Below, in pieces: positions 28,163 through 37,904 of a DNA stretch of 64,000 nucleotides. Location of the stretch: NCBI GenBank assembly GCA_028876655.1, contig JAGWRA010000232.1, positions 639 to 64,638 of the forward strand. The letters are read 5' to 3'. Within the stretch, counting starts at the first letter, position 1. Every line of letters begins with the position of its first letter. The notes beneath the pieces were generated by a model. The model had not been told where the DNA came from, did no database searches, and saw only the letters and a list, made by a program, of their open reading frames with translations. Both the position numbers and the translations under genes were made by a program. The DNA is from Acidobacteriota bacterium. Its GTDB lineage: Bacteria > Acidobacteriota > Vicinamibacteria > Vicinamibacterales > CAVVIG01.

Positions 28163-28798
28163 TCAGCGCGTCCCGCGGTGCGGGAGCAGACGATAGATTA
28201 CGAAGAAGTGGTTCTCGATGAACCGGTAGCGCCGCTCGAGGCGGAAGCCGGCCGCCTGCATCCACCGGGCGAGGTCGCGCTCGGTGTACCGCTCGCGCCG
28301 GTGGCCCTCCGGCCAGCCGGAGGTGAAGTCGACGATGGCCACGCGGCCTCCGGGGCGCAGGTAGGACCGCAGGCGCTTCAGATAGGCGGGACGGTTGCCG
28401 ATATGGTGCAGCGTTTCGAACATCGTGATGAGGTCCACCGGCGAGGGGATCTCCGGGTCGTCGGCGGTACCGTGGACGGTCTGCAGGTTCGTCAGGCCGT
28501 CGCTCGCCGACATCTCGTCGATATAGGCCAGCAGGTCCGGATCGGTGTCGACGGCGTACACCAGCCCATCGTCGCCGACGACCCGCGCCATCGCACGCGC
28601 GAACAATCCGGCGCCGGCGCCGATGTCCGCCACGTGCATCCCCGGCTCCAGGTCGAGGGCCTCGACCGTGCGCGAGACGTTCAGCCGGCTGGCGCGCTCG
28701 CGGGGCTCGCGGGGCTCGCGCGACTGGCCCGGCGCAGCCTGCACCACGGCTCCCACGAGCAGCCCGGCGGCCACGATACCCGTAACGGTCTTCCTCAT
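28163..28798 (-). CDS. Class I SAM-dependent methyltransferase with N-terminal signal peptide
   Basis: MRKTVTGIVAAGLLVGAVVQA signal and motif I VADIGAGAGLF. Confidence 0.8.
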   Translation of the reverse strand: MRKTVTGIVAAGLLVGAVVQAAPGQSREPREPRERASRLNVSRTVEALDLEPGMHVADIGAGAGLFARAMARVVGDDGLVYAVDTDPDLLAYIDEMSASDGLTNLQTVHGTADDPEIPSPVDLITMFETLHHIGNRPAYLKRLRSYLRPGGRVAIVDFTSGWPEGHRRERYTERDLARWMQAAGFRLERRYRFIENHFFVIYRLLPHRGTR

Positions 28799-28935
28799 AG
28801 GGACTTAGCCCGGTCGCCCTCCGCCCTCATTATACGCACCCGGGCCACGGCGCGCCGGCCGGGGCGCCGGCCGCCCTGCTCCCGGGGTAAGATCGATGGT
28901 CGAACTCGACATCGCCCTTCTTCGAGGATGCTGCC

Positions 28936-30525
28936 ATGACCACCGAGACCAGACGCCCGCAGATGAAGATCACCTACGCCACGATGAGCGCGGATCAGAT
29001 GTCCGATCTGCACCGGGAACTCGATGCCGCCATCGAGCGGGTCAAGAAGGACTTCGGCCGCAGCTACCCGATGATCATCGGCGGGAAGGAAGTCCGCGCG
29101 GCCGCCGAGTTCGAGGACCGCAGCCCGATCGACACCCGCATCCTCATCGCGAAGCTGCAGAAGGGGACGCGCGAGCACGTGCAGGAGGCGATCGCCGCGG
29201 CCCGCGCCGCGTCGCCGGCCTGGGCGAACCGCCCGTGGCAGGAGCGGGTCGCGCTGGTCCGCCGCGTGAACGATCTGATCCGCGAGAACCGCTGGGACCT
29301 CTCCGCGCTGATGGGCTACGAGGCCGGCAAGAACCGGCTGGAGTGCGTCGGCGACGTCGAGGAGTCGGCCGATCTGGCGGCGTACTACTGCGACCAGATC
29401 GAGCAGCACCACGGCTTCACCGAGAAGATGGGGACGCTCGGCCCGGGGGAGGAGAACTACAGCGTGATGCGCCCGTACGGCGTCTTCGCGGTCATCTCGC
29501 CGTTCAACTTCCCGATGGCCCTGGCCTTCGGTCCCGCCGGCGCCGCGCTCGCCGCCGGCAACACGGTCGTCTTCAAGCCGGCCACCGACACGCCGCTGCT
29601 CGGCGAGAAGCTGGCCGAACTGGTCCAGCAGGCCGGGCTGCCGGCCGGCGTCTTCAACTTCGTCACCGGCCCGGGGAGCACGGTCGGCCAGGAACTGCTC
29701 GACAACCCCGGCATCGACGGCATCGTCTTCACCGGCTCGATGGACGTCGGCATGCACCTGATTCGCAGCAACGCCGCGCGGCCGACGCCGCGGCCGATCA
29801 TCATCGAGATGGGCGGCAAGAACCCGTCGATCATCATGAAGTCGGCCGACCTCGACAAGGCGAGCGACGGCGTCATGCGGTCGGCGTTCGGCGCGCAGGG
29901 GCAGAAGTGCTCGGCCAACTCGCGCGTGTACGTCCAGAAGGACGTCCGGGCGAAGTTCGTCGAGATGCTCGTGGAGAAGACGAAGAAGATCAAGATCGGC
30001 AACCCGCTCGACAAGGACGTCTGGATGGGTCCGGTGATCAACGAAGGGGCCGTGAAGACCTACGAGCAGGCGATCGCCCGCGCGAAGGCCGACGGCGGGA
30101 AGATCCTGACGGGTGGGCGGCGCCTCACCGAGGAGCCGTTCAACCACGGCTACTTCGTGGAGCCGACGATCATCGACGGCCTGCCGAAGGATCACGCCCT
30201 CTTCAAGGAGGAGCTGTTCGTCCCCATCACCGTGCTCACCGACGTCATCTCGCTCGACGAGGCGATCGACCTGGCGAACCGGACGGAGTACGGGCTGACG
30301 GCCGGCATCTTCTCGGAAGACGACGGCGAGATCCAGAAGTTCTTCGATTCGATCCAGGCCGGCGTCACCTACGCGAACCGGCGCGCGGGGGCGACGACGG
30401 GCGCGTGGCCGGGCATCAACCCGTTCGGCGGCTGGAAGGCGAGCGGCTCGACCGGCCGCGGCACCGGCGGCCCGCACTACGTGCAGCAGTTCATGCGCGA
30501 GCAGAGCCGGGTGCGGATCCGGTAG
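28936..30525 (+). CDS. L-glutamate gamma-semialdehyde (1-pyrroline-5-carboxylate) dehydrogenase-type aldehyde dehydrogenase
   Basis: FTGS.DVG region (IVFTGSMDVGMHL), EMGGKNP and GQKCSANSR catalytic motifs. GAGGA precedes ATG 28936. Confidence 0.88.
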   Translation: MTTETRRPQMKITYATMSADQMSDLHRELDAAIERVKKDFGRSYPMIIGGKEVRAAAEFEDRSPIDTRILIAKLQKGTREHVQEAIAAARAASPAWANRPWQERVALVRRVNDLIRENRWDLSALMGYEAGKNRLECVGDVEESADLAAYYCDQIEQHHGFTEKMGTLGPGEENYSVMRPYGVFAVISPFNFPMALAFGPAGAALAAGNTVVFKPATDTPLLGEKLAELVQQAGLPAGVFNFVTGPGSTVGQELLDNPGIDGIVFTGSMDVGMHLIRSNAARPTPRPIIIEMGGKNPSIIMKSADLDKASDGVMRSAFGAQGQKCSANSRVYVQKDVRAKFVEMLVEKTKKIKIGNPLDKDVWMGPVINEGAVKTYEQAIARAKADGGKILTGGRRLTEEPFNHGYFVEPTIIDGLPKDHALFKEELFVPITVLTDVISLDEAIDLANRTEYGLTAGIFSEDDGEIQKFFDSIQAGVTYANRRAGATTGAWPGINPFGGWKASGSTGRGTGGPHYVQQFMREQSRVRIR

Positions 30526-30627
30526 CGCCTGCGGCCTGCGCGAGGCGCCGGAGGGAAGCGAGGCGAAGCCGAACTTCCCTCCCGCCCGCCAGCCGGTCCG
30601 GGCCAGCTGTACACTAGCGAAGGCGCC

Positions 30628-32280
30628 ATGCACGCGATGCGGCTCGCCCTCGTGCTCGCTCTGGCCTCACCAGCTCCACAGGCGTCCCAGCCGCGGCCGC
30701 CTCGGCCTCAGGCATCCACCGGCGCCATCACCGGCCACGTCTTCGCCGCCGACACGGGCGCGCCTCTGCGTCATGCGTCGGTGCGCGCGCTCTCGCGCGG
30801 CAGCCGAGCCTGGGCGCAGGCCGGCACGGACGACCAGGGGCGCTACGCCATCAACGATCTGCCGCCCGGCCAGTACGTGATCACCGCCAGCAAGGGCGGC
30901 TACGTCTCGATGCAGTTCGGCCAGGCGCGGCCGCTCGAGCCCGTCCGGCCCGTCGACGTGAGCGCCGGCGTCACGACCGAGCGCATCGACCTCGTGCTGC
31001 CGCGCGGCGGCGTCATCACCGGCCGCATCGTCGACGACCTCGGGCAGCCGGTGATCGACGCGGTGGTTTCTCCCCTCCGGTCGCGCTACGTCGCCGGCCA
31101 GCGCCGGCTCGAGCCCGCGGGCCGCTTCGCGCGGACGGACGACCGGGGCCAGTACCGCATCTACGGCCTCGGGCCCGGCCAGTACACCGTGCAGGCCACC
31201 TGGCGCGACAGCGACGCGGGCGACTCCGGCGACCAGATTTCCTACGCCCCGACCTACTACCCCGGCACGTCCGACCCCTCGTCGGCGGCACGGATTGCGG
31301 TGCAGGCCGGCCAGGAAGTGGCCAGCGTCGACTTCGCGCTGGCGGCCGTCCCGGTGGCGACGCTCAGCGGCGTCGTCGTCGACTCGTCGGGCCGGCCGAT
31401 GCGGAACGCGAGACTCGCACTGCGGCAGCTGATCCGCACGAGCGCGGCGGTCGTCCTGTCGAACGCGTGCGGGGGTCGGACGCGGCAGGATGGCGCGTTC
31501 ACGATGGTGGGCGTCATCCCGGGCGACTACACGCTGGTCGCCCACGGCAACGGCCCGCATGGACCGGAGATCGGCTCGGTGCCGGTCTCGCTCGGAGGGC
31601 AGGATCTGTCCGGCGTGCAGATCACCACCTCACCCGGCACGACCGCGCGGGGACGGATCTTCGTCGACGCGAAGCGCGCGCCGACGTTCGATCCGCAGGT
31701 GCTGCGGATCGAGGCGGTGCCGGAGCAGCCGGACGACGAGGGGTGGCAGCGGAACGCGGCCCGGCCGGCGGACGACGGGACGTTCGAGCTGACCGGCCTG
31801 ACGGGCCGAGCGTGGATCCGCGTGCCGAACCTGCCCGCCGGCTGGGTGCTGGAGTCGGTCCGCGCCGGGGGCGCGGACGTCACCGACGCGCCGGTGGACT
31901 TCAGCGGCCGCGACCTCGTGGCCGATCTTCAGGTGACGCTCACCGATCGACTCACCACGGTGAACGGCGGTGTGCTCGATGACGACGGGCGGCCGGTGCT
32001 CGACTACGTGCTGCTGGTATTCCCGCAGGATGCGGCGCTGCGCGGCTATCAGTCACGGTACGTGAAGGCCGTCCAGCCCGACGGCCAGGGCCGCTTCGAG
32101 GTGCGTGGCCTTCCGCCGGGCGCCTATCTCGCCGCCGCCGTCGCCTCGATCGAAGACGGGGAAGAGACGGATCCGGATCTGCTCGAGCGCCTGAGCCGCG
32201 ATGCCACGAAGTTCACGCTGAAGGACGGGGAGACGAAGACCGTGACCGTCAGGCCTCAGAACGCGTCGCCCCTCCAGTAG
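30628..32280 (+). CDS. Secreted protein with repeated carboxypeptidase-regulatory-like (CarboxypepD_reg) beta-sandwich domains
   Basis: Signal-like N-terminus. Repeated G-x-V-x-D..G.P...A.V motifs (ITGHVFAADTGAPLRHASV, ITGRIVDDLGQPVIDAVV, LSGVVVDSSGRPMRNARL, NGGVLDDDGRPVLDYVLL). Confidence 0.75.
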   Translation: MHAMRLALVLALASPAPQASQPRPPRPQASTGAITGHVFAADTGAPLRHASVRALSRGSRAWAQAGTDDQGRYAINDLPPGQYVITASKGGYVSMQFGQARPLEPVRPVDVSAGVTTERIDLVLPRGGVITGRIVDDLGQPVIDAVVSPLRSRYVAGQRRLEPAGRFARTDDRGQYRIYGLGPGQYTVQATWRDSDAGDSGDQISYAPTYYPGTSDPSSAARIAVQAGQEVASVDFALAAVPVATLSGVVVDSSGRPMRNARLALRQLIRTSAAVVLSNACGGRTRQDGAFTMVGVIPGDYTLVAHGNGPHGPEIGSVPVSLGGQDLSGVQITTSPGTTARGRIFVDAKRAPTFDPQVLRIEAVPEQPDDEGWQRNAARPADDGTFELTGLTGRAWIRVPNLPAGWVLESVRAGGADVTDAPVDFSGRDLVADLQVTLTDRLTTVNGGVLDDDGRPVLDYVLLVFPQDAALRGYQSRYVKAVQPDGQGRFEVRGLPPGAYLAAAVASIEDGEETDPDLLERLSRDATKFTLKDGETKTVTVRPQNASPLQ

Positions 32281-33248
32281 ATCAGGTCGTCCGCCTTCAG
32301 GTCGGGCGGGCTGTGGCGCGGGTCGACGGGACGCATCATCATGATCGTGGCCGACGGCACGCGGGTGAGCGCCGACACCTGCGGCGGGCGGAAATCGGTC
32401 GGCAGCCAGGTGCGGATCACGGGGGGCTGCTCGCCAGGCGCCCGAGCCAGCAGAACCTGCAGCATCGCGCCGAGCCGCGCGCCCGTCGGGTCGCGGTCGC
32501 CGCACTCCTCGATCCCCCAGTGTTCGCCGCGGCGGCCCCGCAGGCGACTGACGGTCATCACGAGATAGGCCACGGCGCGACCGCCCTCCTCCGCCACGAA
32601 GAACTGCGCCCCGCGATGGCCGGCCCGGCTCAGCCCCGCGAACAGGCGCTTCTTGGCGATCGCGTACGCCACGTAGTCGACCGGCCGATCGAGCGAGAAG
32701 CGGTACCCGGCCGCCCGTGCGGCGTGCATCCCGGCGATCTCGGCGTAGTCGCGCTCCTCGCCGGCGCGCACGAGCATCGCGGGCGCCCCCGGCTTCCGCT
32801 CCACCTCGACCATGACATCGTCGACCGGCACCACCCGGAAGCCGAGCTGTTCGTAGTAGCGCGGTCCGATCTCCGAGAACAGCAGCGCGAGATCGACACC
32901 CCGGGCGGCCGCGTCAGCGAGCATCTGCTCGATCAGCACCTTCGCCTGCCCGCGGCCGCGCTCGGCTGCCGGTGTGAAGACGGCCGCAATGCCGAGGATC
33001 TTCACGCGGCGGCCATCGAGCGTGCCGGTGAAGTCGTACCGCTTCGCGCTCGACAGCAGACGGCTGCCGTCGAGAAGCGCGAGACGCTGCAGGTGCGCGG
33101 ATCCCCAGTCTGTCTTCAGCTGGGCCGCGTTGAAGCGCGCGTACGCCTCGCGCGTGAGGCCGTCGCCCCACACGGGATAGGTGTCGTCGAGAATCCGCTC
33201 GAGCGTCTCGCCCGTCGCGGGCATCAGGCGCAGGGCCGGCAATCCCAC
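32256..33248 (-). CDS. GNAT-family N-acetyltransferase (Eis-like multi-domain)
   Basis: Acetyl-CoA loop ERGRGQAKVLIEQML and YYEQLGF. The 330-aa size suggests GNAT plus extra domains. Confidence 0.8.
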   Translation of the reverse strand: MGLPALRLMPATGETLERILDDTYPVWGDGLTREAYARFNAAQLKTDWGSAHLQRLALLDGSRLLSSAKRYDFTGTLDGRRVKILGIAAVFTPAAERGRGQAKVLIEQMLADAAARGVDLALLFSEIGPRYYEQLGFRVVPVDDVMVEVERKPGAPAMLVRAGEERDYAEIAGMHAARAAGYRFSLDRPVDYVAYAIAKKRLFAGLSRAGHRGAQFFVAEEGGRAVAYLVMTVSRLRGRRGEHWGIEECGDRDPTGARLGAMLQVLLARAPGEQPPVIRTWLPTDFRPPQVSALTRVPSATIMMMRPVDPRHSPPDLKADDLIYWRGDAF

Positions 33249-33312
33249 CTCCGCGAAATCTTTTCAACCTCTCCACAGGCGTCCGGTCTAAACCGGCAGC
33301 GAGGAACGCTTC

Positions 33313-34917
33313 ATGAAGGGACCGAGCCTTACGTCCGCGCTGGGCGCCGCGATCGTCGTCGCGATCACGATCCTGGGTACTCCAGCGGCGCCCATCGCGG
33401 CCGCCGCGGACGGCAGCTCGTCCATTCCATCGTCCGACGCGGCGATCGTCCACGTGCTGAACCGGATCGGCTACGGTCCGCGGCCGGGCGACGTGGCCCG
33501 CGTCCGTCGCATCGGCCTCGCGCGTTACATCGACGAACAACTGCATCCCGATCGCATTCCCGATCCCGGCGCCGAGGCCCGGCTGGCCGGGCTCCGCACG
33601 CTCGGCCTCTCGACACGGCAGCTCGCGACGGACTACCTGCTGCCCGCCATCGCGGCTCGCCGGCGGCGGGCCGCGCAGGGCGCGAACGCTCCCGATTCTA
33701 CCGGTACTCCCGGCACGGACTCATCCATTGACGGCCGGGGCCCGGCCGGCCGCCGGCAGCGCATGGCCGGCGAGGGCGCGCCGAACCCGAACCTGCCGAT
33801 TGTCGAGCTGTCCGAGCAGAAGCTGATCCGGGCGGTCTACAGCGAGCGGCAGCTGCAGGAAGTCCTCACCGACTTCTGGTTCAACCACTTCAACGTGGAC
33901 GCGCGCAAGGGCCCCGACCGGATCATGCTGACGGCCTACGAGCGCGACGTCATCCGCCCGCACGTCCTCGGCCGGTTCCGCGACCTCCTCGAAGCGACGG
34001 CGAAGAGCCCGGCCATGCTCTTCTACCTCGACAACTGGATGAGCGTCGCGCCGGATGCCGATGCCGGTCGGCGCCGCGAGCGGGGCATCAACGAGAACTA
34101 CGGGCGCGAGCTGATGGAGCTGCACACGCTCGGCGTCGACGGCGGCTACACGCAGAAGGACGTCATCGAGGTCGCGCGCTGCTTCACGGGCTGGACGATC
34201 GCCGGGCCACGCATGGGCGGGGGATTCATCTTCAGGACGCGGCTGCACGACGAGGGCGAGAAGGTCGTGCTCGGCCACCGGATTCCCGCGGGCGGGGGCG
34301 AGGAGGACGGCGAGCGGGTGCTCGACATCCTCGCCGGCAGCCCGGCCACCGCGCATCACATCGCCTTCGAGCTCGCGCAGCGGTTCGTCAGCGATACGCC
34401 GCCGCCGGCGCTCGTCGATCGCGCGGCCGCCCGCTACCTGCAGACCGGCGGCGACCTGCGCGAGGTGGTCCGGACGATCATCACGTCGCCGGAGTTCTTC
34501 GCAGCCGCCGACGACGGGGTGAAGGCGAAGACGCCGTTCGAGTTCGTGGCGAGCGCGCTCCGGGCCACGGGCGCCGACATCGAGAACGCGCGGCCGCTGG
34601 TCGGCGTCCTCCGGCAGATGGGGATGCCGCTCTACATGCGCCAGCCGCCGACGGGCTACGCCGACACGGCCGACGCCTGGACGACCAGCGGCGCGCTGCT
34701 GGCGCGGATGAACTTCGCCGTGGCGCTCGCGGCGAACCGGGTGCCGGGCGTGACGCATCCATGGCCCGAGGCCGACACGGAGGATCGCGCAGCCCTCATG
34801 GCTGCGGTCCTCCCTGGCGGCGTGACGGCGGCCACGCAGGCCGCCATCGATCGCGCGCCAGGCCCGGTGCAGGCCCTGGCGCTGGCGATCGGGTCGCCGG
34901 ACTTCCAGGCGCGATAG
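33313..34917 (+). CDS. DUF1800-family protein
   Basis: NENYGRELMELHTLGVDGGYTQKDVIEVARCFTGW is the DUF1800 hallmark. Paired with DUF1501 downstream. Confidence 0.88.
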   Translation: MKGPSLTSALGAAIVVAITILGTPAAPIAAAADGSSSIPSSDAAIVHVLNRIGYGPRPGDVARVRRIGLARYIDEQLHPDRIPDPGAEARLAGLRTLGLSTRQLATDYLLPAIAARRRRAAQGANAPDSTGTPGTDSSIDGRGPAGRRQRMAGEGAPNPNLPIVELSEQKLIRAVYSERQLQEVLTDFWFNHFNVDARKGPDRIMLTAYERDVIRPHVLGRFRDLLEATAKSPAMLFYLDNWMSVAPDADAGRRRERGINENYGRELMELHTLGVDGGYTQKDVIEVARCFTGWTIAGPRMGGGFIFRTRLHDEGEKVVLGHRIPAGGGEEDGERVLDILAGSPATAHHIAFELAQRFVSDTPPPALVDRAAARYLQTGGDLREVVRTIITSPEFFAAADDGVKAKTPFEFVASALRATGADIENARPLVGVLRQMGMPLYMRQPPTGYADTADAWTTSGALLARMNFAVALAANRVPGVTHPWPEADTEDRAALMAAVLPGGVTAATQAAIDRAPGPVQALALAIGSPDFQAR

Positions 34918-34922
34918 GTTGG

Positions 34923-34940
34923 GCCGAGCTGAAGCTCGGC
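34923..34940 (+). other. Short perfect hairpin between the DUF1800 and DUF1501 genes
   Basis: GCCGAGC-TGAA-GCTCGGC (7-bp stem). It argues against the TTG 34919 start for the next gene. Confidence 0.35.
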
Positions 34941-34963
34941 TCCTGCGAAGAATGAGGGACGCG

Positions 34964-36220
34964 ATGATTTCCCGACGCGCATTCATCCGCAACGGCAGCG
35001 TGGCGATGCTGAGCCTTGGCTTCGCCCCCCGGTTCCTGACCCGCACCGTCCAGGCTGCCGCCGAACCGGCACGCCGCCGCCGGCTGCTCGTCGCCATCTT
35101 CCAGCGCGGCGCCGTCGACGGCCTGAACGTCGTCGTCCCGTTCGGCGAGGCGGCCTACTATCAGTCGCGGCCCGGCATCGGCATCGCGCGGCCCGGCAGC
35201 ACGGGCGCAGGCGCCGTCGATCTCGACGGCTTCTTCGGCCTGCATCCGCGGCTCGCCCCACTCAAGCCGATCTTCGACCGCCGCCAGCTCGCCATCGTCC
35301 ATGCCTGCGGGTCGCCCGACAGCACGCGCTCGCACTTCGACGCGCAGGACTTCATGGAGACGGCGACGCCCGGGGTGAAGAACACCACGGACGGCTGGCT
35401 GAACCGCTACCTGCAGACGAATCCCGAGATCGGCACCACGCCGTTCCGCGCGGTGTCGCTGACGACGCAGTTGCCGAGAACGCTGGAGGGACCAGCGTCC
35501 GCGATCGCGCTGACCGGCGTGGACCGCTTCGGCCTGCACGCGGGTCCGGCCACGAGTCCGCTCGCGGGGGCCTTCGCCGCGGAGTACGCCGGCGCGGCGC
35601 AACCGTTGCTCAGCCGGGCCGGTGACGAGACGTTCGACGCGATGCGGATGCTGCAGACCGCCGATCCGGCGCGGTACGAGCCGGCGCCGGGCGCGGACTA
35701 TCCGCCCAGCCCGTTCGGGCAGGCGCTGCGCCAGATCGCGCAACTCGCCAAGGCGGACGTCGGCCTGGAGGTGGCGTTCGCCGAGGTCGGGGGCTGGGAC
35801 ACCCATGTGAACCAGGGGGCCGACGCCGGCCAGCTGGCGGCCCGGCTCGACGACTTCGCGCGCAGCCTCGCGGCCCTGACGACGGATCTCGGTGACCGGC
35901 TCGGCGACACCGTGATCCTCACCATGTCCGAGTTCGGGCGGGCGGTGAACGAGAATGGCAACGGCGGCACCGATCACGGCCACGGCAACGCCATGCTGGT
36001 GATCGGCGGCGCGGTACGCGGCGGCCGGGTCTACGGCACCTGGCCCGGCCTGTCCGTGGCACAGCGCTACCAGGGACGCGATCTGGCGGTGACCACCGAC
36101 TTCCGCGACGTCTTCGCCGAGATCGCCGTGCGGCATCTCGGTGTCACGAACGCCTCACCGATTTTCCCGGGGTATCAGGTGGACGAGCGGAGGTTCAAGG
36201 GGTTCCTCCGTGACGCTTGA
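34964..36220 (+). CDS. DUF1501-family protein (sulfatase-like fold) with Tat signal
   Basis: MISRRAFIRNGSVAMLSLGF twin-arginine signal and GTDHGHGN motif. ATG 34964 is preceded by GAGGGA. Confidence 0.88.
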   Translation: MISRRAFIRNGSVAMLSLGFAPRFLTRTVQAAAEPARRRRLLVAIFQRGAVDGLNVVVPFGEAAYYQSRPGIGIARPGSTGAGAVDLDGFFGLHPRLAPLKPIFDRRQLAIVHACGSPDSTRSHFDAQDFMETATPGVKNTTDGWLNRYLQTNPEIGTTPFRAVSLTTQLPRTLEGPASAIALTGVDRFGLHAGPATSPLAGAFAAEYAGAAQPLLSRAGDETFDAMRMLQTADPARYEPAPGADYPPSPFGQALRQIAQLAKADVGLEVAFAEVGGWDTHVNQGADAGQLAARLDDFARSLAALTTDLGDRLGDTVILTMSEFGRAVNENGNGGTDHGHGNAMLVIGGAVRGGRVYGTWPGLSVAQRYQGRDLAVTTDFRDVFAEIAVRHLGVTNASPIFPGYQVDERRFKGFLRDA

Positions 36221-36307
36221 AGCAATGAGCAATGCGCGATGAGCAATGGGTCTTGAGCCGTTCGGCTCAGGACAATACCCATTGCCCGTTGCTCGTTGCC
36301 CATTGCC
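36221..36307. repeat. Inverted pair of heptamer arrays H4 (GCAATGA / CATTGCC type) around a central hairpin
   Basis: AGCAATG AGCAATG CGCGATG AGCAATG, then the TGAGCCG-TTC-GGCTCA hairpin, then ATTGCCC GTTGCTC GTTGCCC ATTGCC. Starts 1 nt after the stop at 36220. Confidence 0.8.
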
Positions 36308-36364
36308 ACACGGTCGCCGCCATCCTCATTGCGTCACCGTTCCCTTTCCCCGTACACTTCCCCC

Positions 36365-37501
36365 GTGCAGATCACCGATCTTCCGACGCCTCAGGTGCTC
36401 GTCGACCGGCCGCGGCTGCTGCGGAACATCGCACGCCAGCAGGAGGCGGCCACCCGGCACGGCCTCCGGCTCAGGCCTCACGCGAAGACGCACAAGAGCC
36501 CGGCCATCGCCGCCTGGCAGATCGGCCGCGGCGCCGTCGGCATCTGCTGCGCGAAGCTCGGCGAGGCCGAGATCTTCGCGGACGCGGGCGTCACGGACAT
36601 CCGCCTGCCCTATCCGGTGAACCCGGCCAACGCACCACGCCTGCTGGCGCTGATGGACCGCGCCGCCGTCTCGATCATCGTCGATCATCTCGACGTCGCG
36701 CGCGCCTGGTCGGACGTCATGCGGCGCGCCGGTCGCCGGCTCGACGTCCTGATCAAGGTCGATGTCGGGTTCCACCGCTGCGGCATCGATCCCCGCCGGA
36801 TCGATGCGCGGGCCTTCGTGCGCGCGATCGCCGCCATGCCAGGCCTGAACCTGCGCGGCCTGCTCAGCCATGCCGGTCAGGGCTATCACGCCGCGTCCGA
36901 AGCCGAACTGAAGCAGATTGCGGACGATGAGGCGGCGCTGCTGGGAGAGGTGAAGGCGCAGGCAGCGCAGGACGGCGTCGCGCTCGACGAGATCAGCGTC
37001 GGCTCCACGCCCACCTTCCGCTACACGTTGGGCCAGCCGGGCCTCACGGAGATCCGCCCCGGCAACTACGTCTATTACGACCGGACGCAGGTGGCGCTCG
37101 GCGCTGCGACGCCGGACGACTGCGCGCTGACGGTGCTGGCCATGGTGGTCTCCAAGCCGGCGCCCGACCGGATCATCCTCGATTCGGGCAGCAAGACCCT
37201 GACGACCGACGGCGCCCGCGGCATCGACACGCCGGCCGGGCACGGCGCCATCATCACCGACCTCGTCCCCACACCCGCCTCGGCCGTCGTCGACCCGTCG
37301 CTCGTCATCGAGCGGCTGTCGGAGGAACATGCCGTGGTCCGGGTGACCTCAGGCACCACGCCGCTCCAGCCGGGCGATCGGGTCCGCGTCATCCCGAACC
37401 ACTCGTGTGTCGTGTCCAACCTGGTGGACCGGATCCACCTCGTGGACGGGCCGGCCGTGCTGGACACATTGCCGGTGGCGGCCAGGGGGAAGATCTTCTG
37501 A
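36365..37501 (+). CDS. D-threonine aldolase / D-serine dehydratase (DSD1) family PLP enzyme
   Basis: PLP-Lys motif RPHAKTHK, alanine-racemase-like N-domain, C-terminal IPNHSC metal-site motif. GTG 36365 preferred over ATG 36296, which lies inside repeat H4. Confidence 0.85.
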   Translation: MQITDLPTPQVLVDRPRLLRNIARQQEAATRHGLRLRPHAKTHKSPAIAAWQIGRGAVGICCAKLGEAEIFADAGVTDIRLPYPVNPANAPRLLALMDRAAVSIIVDHLDVARAWSDVMRRAGRRLDVLIKVDVGFHRCGIDPRRIDARAFVRAIAAMPGLNLRGLLSHAGQGYHAASEAELKQIADDEAALLGEVKAQAAQDGVALDEISVGSTPTFRYTLGQPGLTEIRPGNYVYYDRTQVALGAATPDDCALTVLAMVVSKPAPDRIILDSGSKTLTTDGARGIDTPAGHGAIITDLVPTPASAVVDPSLVIERLSEEHAVVRVTSGTTPLQPGDRVRVIPNHSCVVSNLVDRIHLVDGPAVLDTLPVAARGKIF

Positions 37502-37566
37502 CGCTGAAAACGGAGAACGCCGACAGGAGAGCGCGCGTGGACGATTCGAAGTAGAATCAGGAGACC

Positions 37567-37863
37567 ATGGCGGACAAATCGAAGCAGATCGTCGGTGATG
37601 CGCTCGGGATGGTGGAGACGCGCGGCCTGGTCGGCATGATCGAGGCGGCCGACGCGATGGTGAAGACGGCGAACGTCGTCTTCGTCGGGTGGCAGAAGGT
37701 GGATGCCGGGCTGGTGACGGCGATCGTGCGGGGAGACGTCGGGTCGGTGAAGGCTGCGACCGACGCCGGTGCCGCGGCAGCCCGCCGGGTCGGCGAGCTG
37801 GTCGGCGTGCACGTCATCCCGCGGCCGGCGGACGATCTCGAGAAGGTGTTTCCCATCCGCTGA
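37567..37863 (+). CDS. Bacterial microcompartment shell protein, BMC-H (PduA/EutM/CcmK type)
   Basis: [26 protein letters not shown]...[25 protein letters not shown]...VHVIPRP is a near-canonical Pfam00936 hexamer sequence. Confidence 0.9.
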   Translation: MADKSKQIVGDALGMVETRGLVGMIEAADAMVKTANVVFVGWQKVDAGLVTAIVRGDVGSVKAATDAGAAAARRVGELVGVHVIPRPADDLEKVFPIR

Positions 37864-37869
37864 CGCAGA

Positions 37870-37904
37870 CAGTCTCCGGTCTTCAGTCTACGGCCTTCGG
37901 TCCT
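37870..37904. repeat. Tandem heptamer array H5 (5 units, CAGTCTC/CGGTCTT type)
   Basis: CAGTCTC CGGTCTT CAGTCTA CGGCCTT CGGTCCT. Contains the stop and last codons of the MerR gene on the minus strand. Confidence 0.8.
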
